From contig CAIOTH010000089.1 of assembly GCA_903861145.1 (NCBI GenBank), positions 4,792-68,791 on the forward strand: 64,000 bases of DNA, read 5' to 3'. The DNA comes from an uncultured Bacteroidota bacterium. Lineage in GTDB: Bacteria; Bacteroidota; Bacteroidia; Chitinophagales; LD1. Below, piece after piece: positions 1 through 10,932 of this stretch. Below the pieces are notes generated by a model. That model was not told the DNA's origin. It worked only from the letters and a program-made list of their open reading frames with translations, and made no database searches. Numbering within the stretch: position 1 is the first letter of the stretch; each line of letters starts with the position of its first letter. The position numbers and the translations under genes are program-made.

Positions 1-330
1 ATTGCCATTCTTACCCTTCTTTAACTTCCCGAATATCCGCTCTAAAGCGCTTTGACGAATCGCTTTTTCTGTTTTAGCGGTTAATCCAAATGTCCCCGAG
101 CCGGGTTGCTCTTCGCGTAAATACCCTTTATCGCGTAGGTCATTTATAAAATCGCCAATTCCGTAATCCTTATCGCTAAGTTTATACTCTTTATCCAATT
201 CGGTTAACCAGCTTAGCGCCTCACCTACATCGCCGGATGTATAAGTTAAAAGCTGCTTGAAGATATCAAACAGTTTGTCAAATGGCGATTGCCCTTTGGG
301 AATGAATTTGGAAAAACGATGGCCTAGCAT
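1..330 (-). CDS. VWA domain-containing protein (MoxR-associated type), N-terminal 110 codons only; the gene runs off the left edge of the window
   Basis: This ORF is not in the supplied track because it is truncated. My reverse-complement translation from the ATG at 330..328 reads MLGHRFSKFIPKGQSPFDKLFDIFKQLLTYTSGDVGEALSWLTELDKEYKLSDKDYGIGDFINDLRDKGYLREEQPGSGTFGLTAKTEKAIRQSALERIFGKLKKGKNGN, with no stop codon before position 1. From memory, this N-terminus resembles Bacteroidota proteins annotated as VWA domain-containing. Confidence 0.6.
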   Translation of the reverse strand, partial: MLGHRFSKFIPKGQSPFDKLFDIFKQLLTYTSGDVGEALSWLTELDKEYKLSDKDYGIGDFINDLRDKGYLREEQPGSGTFGLTAKTEKAIRQSALERIFGKLKKGKNGN

Positions 331-480
331 AAAGGTAATATAACAGTCGAAAGTGAATTTAGTTGATTGACAGGAAATCAGAGCATGTTTATGTCTTTTA
401 TAAAGTTAACCCTCGGTTAATATGCCCTGTTTCTCAAAATAAATTATTCCTTTGTTTATAATAACCAAAAACATCATCCC

Positions 481-3279
481 TTGAAACCAATTAAGCAAAT
501 TATTGTTAGTGCAATTGTTATGCTAGGCGTCGGCTCAACAATGCAGGCTCAAAAAACAACCACAACTACTATGAATCCAGCCCCAAGCGCATCTTCCAGG
601 TCACAGGGCGATGAGAAACCCGCTCCACCCCGCTTTGAAAAGGTAACCAGTGTTGAGGGGATAACTGAATATCGCCTTGCTAATGGCCTTAGGGTATTGT
701 TGTTTCCCGACCCATCAAAGGCTACCATAACTGTAAATATTACTTATCTGGTAGGTTCGCGTATGGAAGGATATGGCGAAACCGGTATGGCCCACTTGTT
801 GGAGCATATGGTGTTCAAGGGCTCAACCAATCACACCAATATACCGCAGGAGCTAACATCCCACGGCGCAAGCCCTAACGGTACCACTTCTTACGACCGC
901 ACTAATTATTTCGAAACATTTAGCGCCAACGATGAGAATCTGAGCTGGGCGCTAAGTCTTGAATCGGATAGAATGATTAATTCATTCATTGCCAATAAAG
1001 ATTTACAAAGCGAGTTTTCAGTAGTGCGTAATGAGTTTGAATCAGGCGAAAACAATCCCAGCCGGATATTGGAAGAGCGCGTAATTTCTACAGCTTACCT
1101 GTGGCATAATTACGGCAAAAGCACAATCGGCTCTAAAGAAGATATTGAAAAAGTGCCTGCTGAGAACTTGAAAGCCTTTTACAAAAAATACTATCAGCCT
1201 GATAACGCAGCCCTAACTATTACCGGCAAATTTGACGAAGCCAAGGTTATACAGCTGGTAAACTCTTATTTCGGGAATATTTCGCGTCCTGAACGCAAAT
1301 TGGAAGAGGCTTATACTGTTGAACCTACTCAGGATGGAGAAAGAATGGTAGAGCTAAAAAGAGTGGGCGACGTACAGATTGTATCAAGTGCATACCATAT
1401 CCCATCAGGCTGGCACGCCGATTTTGCCGCCCTTAACGTCTTATCGGAAGTATTAAATAACGAGCCTTCAGGTCGCTTGTATAAGGCTTTGGTTGAAACT
1501 AAAAAAGCTAGCTCTGTTTCCGGTTATATGGCAGGCCTTAAAGATCCGGGTTATGCCTATTTTTCGGCTGAAGTTTTAAAGGATAAATCGCTGGATGATG
1601 CTCGCAAGGCAATGATAGATTTATTGGATGGTTTGCCTAATAATCCGATTACCCAGGCAGAGGTTGACCGCGCAAAAAACAAGCTGATAAAGAACACAGA
1701 GCTGCTCTTAAACAATTCAGAACGTTTAGGTCTATCATTGGGAGAATATATTGCTAAAGGCGACTGGCGGTTATTTTTCATCAATCGGGACCGCGTTGAA
1801 AAGGTTACAGCTGATGATGTGAATAGGGTAGCAAAAGCCTATTTCAAGTCCTCTAACCGCACTATTGGCCTATTTATTCCTGATTCAAAGCCCGACAGAG
1901 TGGAGATTCCCGCAAATCCAGATCTTAAAGAACTGGTAAGGGATTATAAGGGCAAAAAGGCATTAGCAGACGCTGAAACCTTCGACCCTTCTCCTGCCAA
2001 TATCGAAAGTCGTACAAAAAAAGGTAAACTAGATGGGGGAGCCAAGTATGCGTTCCTTTCAAAAACAACCAGAGGCAATAATGTTGTTGCAAATATCACC
2101 CTGCGGATAGGCAACGAAAAAAGCCTCGAAAACAAGGCAGTGATTGCCGATTTAACCGCCGATATGCTAAATAAAGGCACCCAAATCAAAAACCGCCAGG
2201 AAATAAGCGATGCTTTTGATAAGCTAAAAGCGCAGGTAGCCATCGGTGGCATTGGCCAAACCGTAAGTATAAGAGTTACAACTACGAGAGAGAACTTAAA
2301 TGCAACACTTAAATTAATAAGCGAAATTTTAAGACAACCTTCTTTTCCTCCTACAGAATTGGATAAATTAAAAGATGAAAGCATTGCAGGCTTCGAGCAA
2401 CAACGTAGCGAGCCAAAATCTATTGCAAGTAATGCATTGGACCGGAACATGCATCCATACGCCAAATCTGATTTTAGATATGTTATGACCTTTGACGAAG
2501 CGTCTGAAACCTACAAAAAAGCGCAGTTAGATGAAGTAAAGCTGTTTTACAAAAATCACTACAACAGTTCACGCGCCACGGTAGCAATTGTAGGCGATTT
2601 TGACGAGGCCTCCGCTTTGACAGAAATTAAGAGCATGCTGTCAAATTGGGATTCACCTGAAAAATTTGAGAGAGCAAAAGCCGTCATCTTCAATGCACCG
2701 GTTAAAACCGAAAGAACCCTTACTCCCGATAAAAAGAACGCCATGTTTGTTGCTGGCGAAGAGTTGAAATTAAAAGATAGCGACCCTGATTATCCCGCAT
2801 TAACTATCGGTAATTTCATGCTGGGTGGCGGTTTTTTAAATTCTCGTTTGGCTGTTCGTATCAGGCAAAAGGAAGGCTTAAGCTATGGAGTTGGCAGCTC
2901 ATTACAAGGCGGTTCATTAGATGAAGTTGGTAGCTTTAACTCATACGCCATTTATAACCCCGATAACGCAGAGAAACTAGTTGCCGCATACAAAGAAGAA
3001 ATTGAGAAAATGCTGAAGGATGGATTTACCGATGCCGAATTAACCGATGCTAAATCAGGTTTTCTGCAAAGACAGCAGGTGGGCCGTTCGCAGGATGCGC
3101 AGCTGGCAGCGAAGTTATCTGGTAATCTTTATTTAGATCGCACATTACAATTTGACGAAGCGCTTGAAAAGAAAGTAGCCGATATTAAAGTAACAGAGGT
3201 AAATGAGGCGATGAAGAAGTTTATACACCCTGCTAAAATTAGCTATGCCTTGGCAGGCGATTTCAAAACTGCCAAATAG
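481..3279 (+). CDS. M16 family zinc metallopeptidase (pitrilysin/insulinase-like, double-length, secreted)
   Basis: A 932-aa ORF with a TTG start and a hydrophobic signal-like N-terminus ending in 'MQAQ'. It has the inverted zinc motif HxxEH in 'GMAHLLEHMVFKG'. Its length fits two tandem M16 units. Confidence 0.9.
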   Translation: MKPIKQIIVSAIVMLGVGSTMQAQKTTTTTMNPAPSASSRSQGDEKPAPPRFEKVTSVEGITEYRLANGLRVLLFPDPSKATITVNITYLVGSRMEGYGETGMAHLLEHMVFKGSTNHTNIPQELTSHGASPNGTTSYDRTNYFETFSANDENLSWALSLESDRMINSFIANKDLQSEFSVVRNEFESGENNPSRILEERVISTAYLWHNYGKSTIGSKEDIEKVPAENLKAFYKKYYQPDNAALTITGKFDEAKVIQLVNSYFGNISRPERKLEEAYTVEPTQDGERMVELKRVGDVQIVSSAYHIPSGWHADFAALNVLSEVLNNEPSGRLYKALVETKKASSVSGYMAGLKDPGYAYFSAEVLKDKSLDDARKAMIDLLDGLPNNPITQAEVDRAKNKLIKNTELLLNNSERLGLSLGEYIAKGDWRLFFINRDRVEKVTADDVNRVAKAYFKSSNRTIGLFIPDSKPDRVEIPANPDLKELVRDYKGKKALADAETFDPSPANIESRTKKGKLDGGAKYAFLSKTTRGNNVVANITLRIGNEKSLENKAVIADLTADMLNKGTQIKNRQEISDAFDKLKAQVAIGGIGQTVSIRVTTTRENLNATLKLISEILRQPSFPPTELDKLKDESIAGFEQQRSEPKSIASNALDRNMHPYAKSDFRYVMTFDEASETYKKAQLDEVKLFYKNHYNSSRATVAIVGDFDEASALTEIKSMLSNWDSPEKFERAKAVIFNAPVKTERTLTPDKKNAMFVAGEELKLKDSDPDYPALTIGNFMLGGGFLNSRLAVRIRQKEGLSYGVGSSLQGGSLDEVGSFNSYAIYNPDNAEKLVAAYKEEIEKMLKDGFTDAELTDAKSGFLQRQQVGRSQDAQLAAKLSGNLYLDRTLQFDEALEKKVADIKVTEVNEAMKKFIHPAKISYALAGDFKTAK

Positions 3280-3302
3280 TTGAAGTAATATCAAACTTTA
3301 AA

Positions 3303-3336
3303 ATGCCCTTCATATAAACCGAAGGGCATTTTTTAT
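3303..3336 (+). terminator. Rho-independent terminator after the M16 peptidase gene
   Basis: A 9-bp stem, ATGCCCTTC (3303-3311) paired with GAAGGGCAT (3321-3329), is followed by TTTTTATTT. It lies 24 nt after the stop codon. Confidence 0.7.
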
Positions 3337-3505
3337 TTGCACCAGTAACATATCTTTACAAGCATTCGCTCACCAGCAAAAGTTATATTTTATTAAATAA
3401 AGGGCGCTGCAACATTTATTCTGCTTAATGTTAGGAAATCATTTCCCACCCTCGTAATTTTAAGGGCTTCTAATTCAATAAATAATATAAAATCAATCTA
3501 TCTAG

Positions 3506-5311
3506 ATGTATTTAGTCGGAACAGGTAAAGGGGATATTACAGCATTTGTAAAGGGCGTGGGTATGCTGGGTTATGGTATACACTATAACACCATGGAGGA
3601 GGTTGCTACTTCCCTTTCCGCACGGGCTTTTGTTTTCAAAGACCCTAAAACAGAAAGAAAGATATGCCTGGTAAATTGCGAAATATGTTTTATTACGATT
3701 GCCATTAAGAAGGGAGTTCTAAAAACTCTTGAACGCAAGTTCCCTGAATTCAATTACGATGAGGACAATTTGATGCTTACAGCCCAACATACGCACAGCG
3801 GCCCGGGTGGTTACTCTTATTATGGTTTATACAACCTAAGCGTTCCTGGTTTTGTAATGGAGGTTTACCGTAAAATTGTAGATGGCATTGTTGAAGCTAT
3901 AGTTAATGCCGAAAAGAATATTAAACCATCCAATTTAAGTCTGTCCACAGGTGTTTTTGAACCTGAAAAAGAAGTAGCCTTCAACCGGTCAATTAAAGGT
4001 TACAATTTAAACCCCGAAGTAAACCCCAAAATAACTTTCGAAACCCGCCACCTGGGGCTTGATAGAGAGATGACCTTAATGAATATAACCGGTGAAGACG
4101 GTAAAGACCGCGCCTCTATAAACTGGTTTGGCGTGCACACCACCAGCTTACCTAATACCAATCATAAAGTATGTTTTGATAACAAAGGCTACGCATCCGA
4201 GTATCTTGAAAAGGATTATGCCGATAAAGGCTCAAGCGATTATGTAGGTGTATTTGCCCAAGGCACCTGCGGAGATGTTACACCCCGTTTTGTTTATCAT
4301 CCCGTTTATCCGTTTCAGCGTGGCCAATGGGAAGGCAAATACGTAGATGATTTTGAAAGCACAAAGTTTAATGGCCGTTTACAGTATGAAAAGGCCAAAG
4401 AGATTATCGAGTCGAAAGCCGAAACTCCAATAACCGGCGACATCGATTACGAATTGATGTTCGTAAACTTTACCGATGTAACCGCCGACCCCAAATTTGC
4501 CAATGGCCAAACCAAAGCACAAACCGATAAAGCCGCTTTGGGCATCGCCTTTTTTGCGGGAACGGTAATTGATGGGCCCGGCATGTCGCCGGCGCTGGTG
4601 GCGGTTCTAAAAGTCATTATTAGTGGCGTTAAGCACTTTGAAAAATTCAGAGCTAATTTCAGTGGACCGGTGTATAAAAATATCATCGAGCGCAAGTACC
4701 GTGTTCATGGCAAAAAGAAAATACTTATCGAATCTAACACCCAGCGTATTTTGGGAACTAAGCTAATCGATAAGCTTGTTGCCCCAGCCTGGGCCGACCC
4801 CGCAATAGCCACATTCAAGTTCTTCTACAAAAAATCAAGTCGTTCAAAAAAGCCCTGGACGCCTAAAATATTGCCTTTACAGCTTTTCATTATTGGTGAG
4901 GTTGCATTGGCCGGTTTGCCTTTTGAAATTACCACCATCGGTGGTAAGCGCTTAAGAAAATCGTTGGAAGAAACACTGGCTGCAAGGGGCGTTAATCGTG
5001 TAATTCTTTGCCCTTATGCTAACGGTTACTCCGGCTACATGACTACAAACGAGGAATACCAGGGTCAGATTTACGAAGGCGGCCATACCGTTTTTGGCGA
5101 ATGGAGTCTTGCCGCGTTACAAACTAAGTTTGAAATTCTAGCCAAAGAAATGCTTAAGCCCAAGGAAGAAAGAAAATTCTCACATGATGCTATTCCACCT
5201 GATTTTACCGAGGAGGAACTCGACCATTTTCCATTCTATAAGCGCGCCTGGTATATCAGGCAAGAGTTAATACGCGCCCGTAAAATGGAGCGCAGGTCAA
5301 CAGTCGAATAA
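3506..5311 (+). CDS. neutral/alkaline (non-lysosomal) ceramidase family protein
   Basis: A 601-aa ORF. The N-terminal 'GKGDITAFVKGVGMLGYG' and 'LTAQHTHSGPGGY' match the conserved neutral-ceramidase blocks (DITGP...MMGY and THTHSGPGGY) as I remember them. An in-frame TAG lies immediately upstream of the ATG. Confidence 0.8.
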   Translation: MYLVGTGKGDITAFVKGVGMLGYGIHYNTMEEVATSLSARAFVFKDPKTERKICLVNCEICFITIAIKKGVLKTLERKFPEFNYDEDNLMLTAQHTHSGPGGYSYYGLYNLSVPGFVMEVYRKIVDGIVEAIVNAEKNIKPSNLSLSTGVFEPEKEVAFNRSIKGYNLNPEVNPKITFETRHLGLDREMTLMNITGEDGKDRASINWFGVHTTSLPNTNHKVCFDNKGYASEYLEKDYADKGSSDYVGVFAQGTCGDVTPRFVYHPVYPFQRGQWEGKYVDDFESTKFNGRLQYEKAKEIIESKAETPITGDIDYELMFVNFTDVTADPKFANGQTKAQTDKAALGIAFFAGTVIDGPGMSPALVAVLKVIISGVKHFEKFRANFSGPVYKNIIERKYRVHGKKKILIESNTQRILGTKLIDKLVAPAWADPAIATFKFFYKKSSRSKKPWTPKILPLQLFIIGEVALAGLPFEITTIGGKRLRKSLEETLAARGVNRVILCPYANGYSGYMTTNEEYQGQIYEGGHTVFGEWSLAALQTKFEILAKEMLKPKEERKFSHDAIPPDFTEEELDHFPFYKRAWYIRQELIRARKMERRSTVE

Positions 5312-5316
5312 TAGAG

Positions 5317-6135
5317 CTACTTATTGTCTGGGGTGGTTAGCTTTAACTCCCCTCCCTTTTCATGGAAAAATACGTAATGTATTCCAACCATTATTCCACC
5401 TCTAAAATTGTAGCTCTTTTGGTACGAAACGTGGTTCTTATCATACCAACCCAAGTTGCGTAACACCGCACCGTTAATATCAAAAATGCCCTGGTAAGCT
5501 GATAGCGCAACATCAAAATACAAATGCTTGGTAGCATAAAACTGACCACCGGCCTGTACCGCTATGCCTACGTCAAAAGTTTGAAACCTTTGGGCGTTGG
5601 TAAAATTTAAACTATCGGGCACGTAAACATTGCCGTCAATTTTAACCTGTTGGTATGCATAAGTTCTAAATCCAAACTGTGGGCCAAGGCAAGCAAAAAA
5701 CTTGTATTTGTCCTTCCCCACTGTATACTTAGCCATTAGTGGTATCTGAATATAATTTAGTTTAACAGTGCGCTGCACATTTACTCTTATTCTGGCGCTG
5801 CCTAACGTATCGTTTTTTATAACCGCGGGGCCGGTAAAATTATCTTCATAATTCTGCCCTGCTACGTCGTATTGAATTTCAGCTTGCACACCCCAGTGTT
5901 TCGTTATATTGTACCCCAGGCATACACCGCCGTTACCGCCCCATGTAATCTTATATGCCAGTTCCGACTCTCGAACTACGGCATTAGTAAAGGGATCCAG
6001 GGTGCCGTAATTGTTTTGTTTTAAGATATACGAGGCACCAAAGGTACCCGAAACACCAATATCAAAACCTTGCTGCGCCATTACACCCAACCCGCTTGCT
6101 GCCAGTAAATACAAAAGCAGTAACTTCTTCTTCAT
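5317..6135 (-). CDS. outer-membrane beta-barrel (porin-family) protein
   Basis: A 272-aa ORF with signal peptide 'MKKKLLLLYLLAASGLGVMAQ'. It shows alternating aromatic/Gly-rich beta-strand patterning with an aromatic-rich C-terminal region. Confidence 0.7.
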   Translation of the reverse strand: MKKKLLLLYLLAASGLGVMAQQGFDIGVSGTFGASYILKQNNYGTLDPFTNAVVRESELAYKITWGGNGGVCLGYNITKHWGVQAEIQYDVAGQNYEDNFTGPAVIKNDTLGSARIRVNVQRTVKLNYIQIPLMAKYTVGKDKYKFFACLGPQFGFRTYAYQQVKIDGNVYVPDSLNFTNAQRFQTFDVGIAVQAGGQFYATKHLYFDVALSAYQGIFDINGAVLRNLGWYDKNHVSYQKSYNFRGGIMVGIHYVFFHEKGGELKLTTPDNK

Positions 6136-6173
6136 ATTTTAGCCTTTATTTGGTAGTTGCTAAGTTAAGCCCA

Positions 6174-6947
6174 ATGAACGAATTTTTCCGGTTTAAATAT
6201 TTTTTAAAGTACCAATGGCAGGCCAAAACCAAATATTACCTGCACTCCCCCTTCGTATACCAATTCTATCTAAACGTACTTGAAGGTAAAGATGACCAAC
6301 AACTTAAACAAATCCGGAACTTAAGAAAAGTCCTTGCCAAAGACCATACCACTATTGAAATAAAAGAACTTGGAACCGGTAAAACATCTTCAAAACAAAT
6401 TTCAAAGCTCGAAAGTGAAGTAGCCGTCCGCGAAAAATACGGCGCTCTGTTATACAGGTTAGCGCAATACTTTAAAGTTAGTAGCATCCTCGAAATTGGA
6501 ACCTCTATTGGCATTAGCTCGGCCTATCAGGCATTAGCCAATAATCTGGCAAAGGTAACCAGCCTTGAAGGTGCACCGGACTTAATAATGTTGGCTAAAA
6601 AGAATCACTCAGCGCTCAACATTAATAACATAACCATAAACGAAGGCAATTTTGACCTCATACTACCCGAATATTTAAAAACCCAAAACACGCTTGGCCT
6701 GGTATTTTTTGATGGCAATCACCGAAAAGAAGCAACCCTTAATTACTTCAACCAGTGCCTCAAAAAAGCAAATGACGATTCCATATTTATTTTTGATGAT
6801 ATCTATTGGAGTCCGGAAATGTTTGATGCCTGGCAGCAAATAAAAGCCCATCCACAAATTACCCTTACGCTCGATATATTTCAGTTTGGTATTTGCTTTT
6901 TCAGAAAGGAGAAACTGGCTAAGGAAGAGTTTGTGTTGAGATATTAA
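6174..6947 (+). CDS. class I SAM-dependent (O-)methyltransferase
   Basis: Motif I 'ILEIGTSIGISS' is present, and 'VFFDGNHRKE' and 'IFIFDDIYW' resemble family-3 O-methyltransferases. I moved the start to the ATG at 6174 (MNEFFRF...), because the track start at 6096 would overlap the divergent porin gene. Confidence 0.75.
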   Translation: MNEFFRFKYFLKYQWQAKTKYYLHSPFVYQFYLNVLEGKDDQQLKQIRNLRKVLAKDHTTIEIKELGTGKTSSKQISKLESEVAVREKYGALLYRLAQYFKVSSILEIGTSIGISSAYQALANNLAKVTSLEGAPDLIMLAKKNHSALNINNITINEGNFDLILPEYLKTQNTLGLVFFDGNHRKEATLNYFNQCLKKANDDSIFIFDDIYWSPEMFDAWQQIKAHPQITLTLDIFQFGICFFRKEKLAKEEFVLRY

Positions 6948-7020
6948 AACTTAATCATGGCAATCCTCAAATCCTTTAATCAACGTTCAGACAAAAGGCT
7001 GTCTATTCAAAAATCAGAAA

Positions 7021-7485
7021 TCATCGTTCAAAGATATTCTTCAGCCACTCAAACACATTAACATTAAAAAGATAGTAAGGCAAAAACAAAACCGATGCCC
7101 AAAAAAGCATCGATACTATCATCGAAAACATAATCTTTTTCTTATCGTTGGTTAAGGCCAGTGCAAATAGAACCCCCACTGGTATCGAAAGAATAATTGG
7201 AGTAAAGGCAGCAATACCACCTAAACCAAACTTCTGTTTAACCTTTACCAAAAACCTGTTGGTAGGTGTAAAGCGCTTACCAAAGTAATTAGGAAATTTC
7301 TTAATAAACCAGGCTTGAATAAAATCCCCCAGGTAAGTAAACATCACTATACCTATAGTTCCGCCAATAATGTTTGCAAGCGAACCCGCTAATCCCAGGT
7401 TATAGAAAATAGCAGTTAGCGAGCCCATCGAGAATTTTAACGTCGAGCCGAACAAAACCAATAAATCAGAAACTAACTTGCCCAT
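7021..7485 (-). CDS. hypothetical polytopic membrane protein
   Basis: A 154-aa ORF with about four hydrophobic segments. I recognised no catalytic motif. Confidence 0.6.
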   Translation of the reverse strand: MGKLVSDLLVLFGSTLKFSMGSLTAIFYNLGLAGSLANIIGGTIGIVMFTYLGDFIQAWFIKKFPNYFGKRFTPTNRFLVKVKQKFGLGGIAAFTPIILSIPVGVLFALALTNDKKKIMFSMIVSMLFWASVLFLPYYLFNVNVFEWLKNIFER

Positions 7486-7546
7486 TTTTCTTCTCCGCGT
7501 TCAAACAGTCGGATACAAGTATAACGCTAAGATACAACAAAAAGAT

Positions 7547-8182
7547 TCAAAAACTGGGAGGGACTTCACGCCTGAAGTGTCCATTCATCTGAACCTTGGC
7601 TTTAACCTTTTCTGTCTCCTCAAGGCTAGGTATTAACTTCATTAAATGTTGTATTAAAAACCACTGCCTGGCCTTTTCTGATGTGGCCACTAAAAGTCTG
7701 TATTGGTCTTCCGGCGTAAGCGCTACATAATGTGCCAAATCGAACGAAAGTGGGTTCTCAAACTTCTCATAAATATTAAGACGGGTGCCCAAAACTGTAT
7801 GTAGTCGTTCAACCAAATCTACCAATGTAGGATTCAGTTTTTCTGTGTCAAATGGCAAATGCTCTACCTCATAAACAATAGCAGCCGAATATAACTTCTC
7901 AGGCACCTCTCTCAGCACCTCCATTATCCTGAAAACCCGTAACCCTCTGGTCTTAATATCCATCTCCCCATCGGGGTACACTTTCGAGATTTCAATCAAC
8001 TCCATTTCAGTACCATATTCATTCAAACTTTCCTTAAAAACCGAAGGGATGCCAAAAGTCTTGCCTTGTTCTTTACATTCAGCAATTAGTTGTTTATAAC
8101 GTGGTTCAAATATGTGCAGGTTTAACAGCTGGCCCGGGTAGGCAATGCTGCTCAATGGAAATATGGGAAGAAACTTGGTCAT
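7547..8182 (-). CDS. LON peptidase N-terminal (substrate-binding) domain protein, stand-alone
   Basis: 'LPIFPLSSIAYPGQLLNLHIFEPRYKQLI' is the typical start of the Lon N-terminal domain. At 211 aa, it has no AAA or protease part. Confidence 0.75.
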   Translation of the reverse strand: MTKFLPIFPLSSIAYPGQLLNLHIFEPRYKQLIAECKEQGKTFGIPSVFKESLNEYGTEMELIEISKVYPDGEMDIKTRGLRVFRIMEVLREVPEKLYSAAIVYEVEHLPFDTEKLNPTLVDLVERLHTVLGTRLNIYEKFENPLSFDLAHYVALTPEDQYRLLVATSEKARQWFLIQHLMKLIPSLEETEKVKAKVQMNGHFRREVPPSF

Positions 8183-8301
8183 AATATCGTTGCTACAATA
8201 ACGTTTTTAAAATGTTTAAATGTATACTCAAATCTTAAAATAATAATTGACAAAATTGCAATCCATGTATATATTGTGCTCATAATCCCCACAATAGTAA
8301 A

Positions 8302-8694
8302 ATGAAACACCTCACGTTCGTTGTTGTAATGCTTTTAAGTGCCTCATCGGTTTTTGCCGGGTACGAAATTTCAATCTGCGATAGCATAAATAAAAAGGGC
8401 CAGTGCGCGGGTAAAAACGACTTCTTCCATTACACCGGCGACCGAATGCGCCTTTATGCTATGGTATACAATAAAGAAATGCTGGGTACCCAAAAAGTCT
8501 ACTTCAAGCTTTACGAAATGACCAACGACCACGATGGTGAAATTTCGGCCGAGCTATCAACCGAAGTAAAGCCCGGTTGGTTTGCAGTGGTCAAACGCCT
8601 TTACTTTTTTAAGCCTGGTTATTACAAACTCGATGTTTATAATGCAAATAGCGTTAAAATTGGAACTCAGTTTATTACCATTTCCGACCGTTAA
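8302..8694 (+). CDS. hypothetical small secreted protein (paralog of 30202..30591)
   Basis: A 130-aa ORF with a signal peptide, a Cys pair 'C..INKKGQC', and the blocks 'LGTQKVYFKLYEM' and 'FFKPGYYKLDVYN'. All of these are shared with the 30202 ORF. Confidence 0.7.
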   Translation: MKHLTFVVVMLLSASSVFAGYEISICDSINKKGQCAGKNDFFHYTGDRMRLYAMVYNKEMLGTQKVYFKLYEMTNDHDGEISAELSTEVKPGWFAVVKRLYFFKPGYYKLDVYNANSVKIGTQFITISDR

Positions 8695-8800
8695 TCTAAT
8701 TTAAACACTACAATTGGCTTACTAACAATTGTAATTACCCACAATACGCCTAAACTTTCAACAGCTCTTAACATTTAATCAACATTGATTCGGCGCTTAG

Positions 8801-10483
<1,683 letters not shown>

Positions 10484-10728
10484 AACCTTTTGCATTGAGG
10501 CAATTGTAAATTTGTGCCTTTAACGCTAATCATTCGTTATTGCGAGGAGGTGCCGCGACGAAACAATCTTATATTCAATTACACCCTCCTAAACCAATCG
10601 GGTTCCCTCCACTCCTGCCCGGGTTGCGTTTTCCGCTATACGAAACAGCCCAAAACATCTTTCTGTTTCCAATTCACCCAAATTAAGCCCATAACCCACT
10701 GATTACCAATAATAGCACCAAATAAAAC

Positions 10729-10750
10729 TTTGTATACTTTTGTATACTTT
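10729..10750 (+). repeat. tandem direct repeat TTTTGTATAC x2 (exact 10-bp period)
   Basis: The blocks 10731-10740 and 10741-10750 are identical (tgtatacttt). Confidence 0.8.
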
Positions 10751-10932
10751 TACGAAAATCGTAATCTATAAAGCAATGATAATCAAATACATCAAAGCTC
10801 CATTTTTGCCAATTTTTGGTACTTTTTCACGGTGTATACTTTTTTGTATTTTATTATATGTTGCAATTACTTATTTCAATGGCCATAATTTTTCAGCTTG
10901 AACCTCGCAACCGGAAGCTACCAACAGAAAAG

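Noticed and set aside
1944-2465. A 173-aa antisense ORF inside the M16 peptidase gene. Similar antisense ORFs are at 24371..24823, 46745..47245 and 46016..46375, and many 60-130-aa ORFs lie inside leuS, the histidine kinase gene and pbpC.
   Set aside because: All lie opposite or out of frame to long ORFs with clear family motifs. Their translations are low-complexity with no recognisable motifs.
6096-6173. The N-terminal extension of the methyltransferase ORF, overlapping the porin gene start by 40 bp.
   Set aside because: The extension is a low-complexity reverse read of the porin signal-peptide region. The ATG at 6174 gives a normal start and a short divergent spacer.
10514-10702. A 62-aa ORF downstream of pyrG.
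   Set aside because: It has no recognisable domain and odd composition, and it spans the REP-like GC-rich segment. It is most likely not coding.
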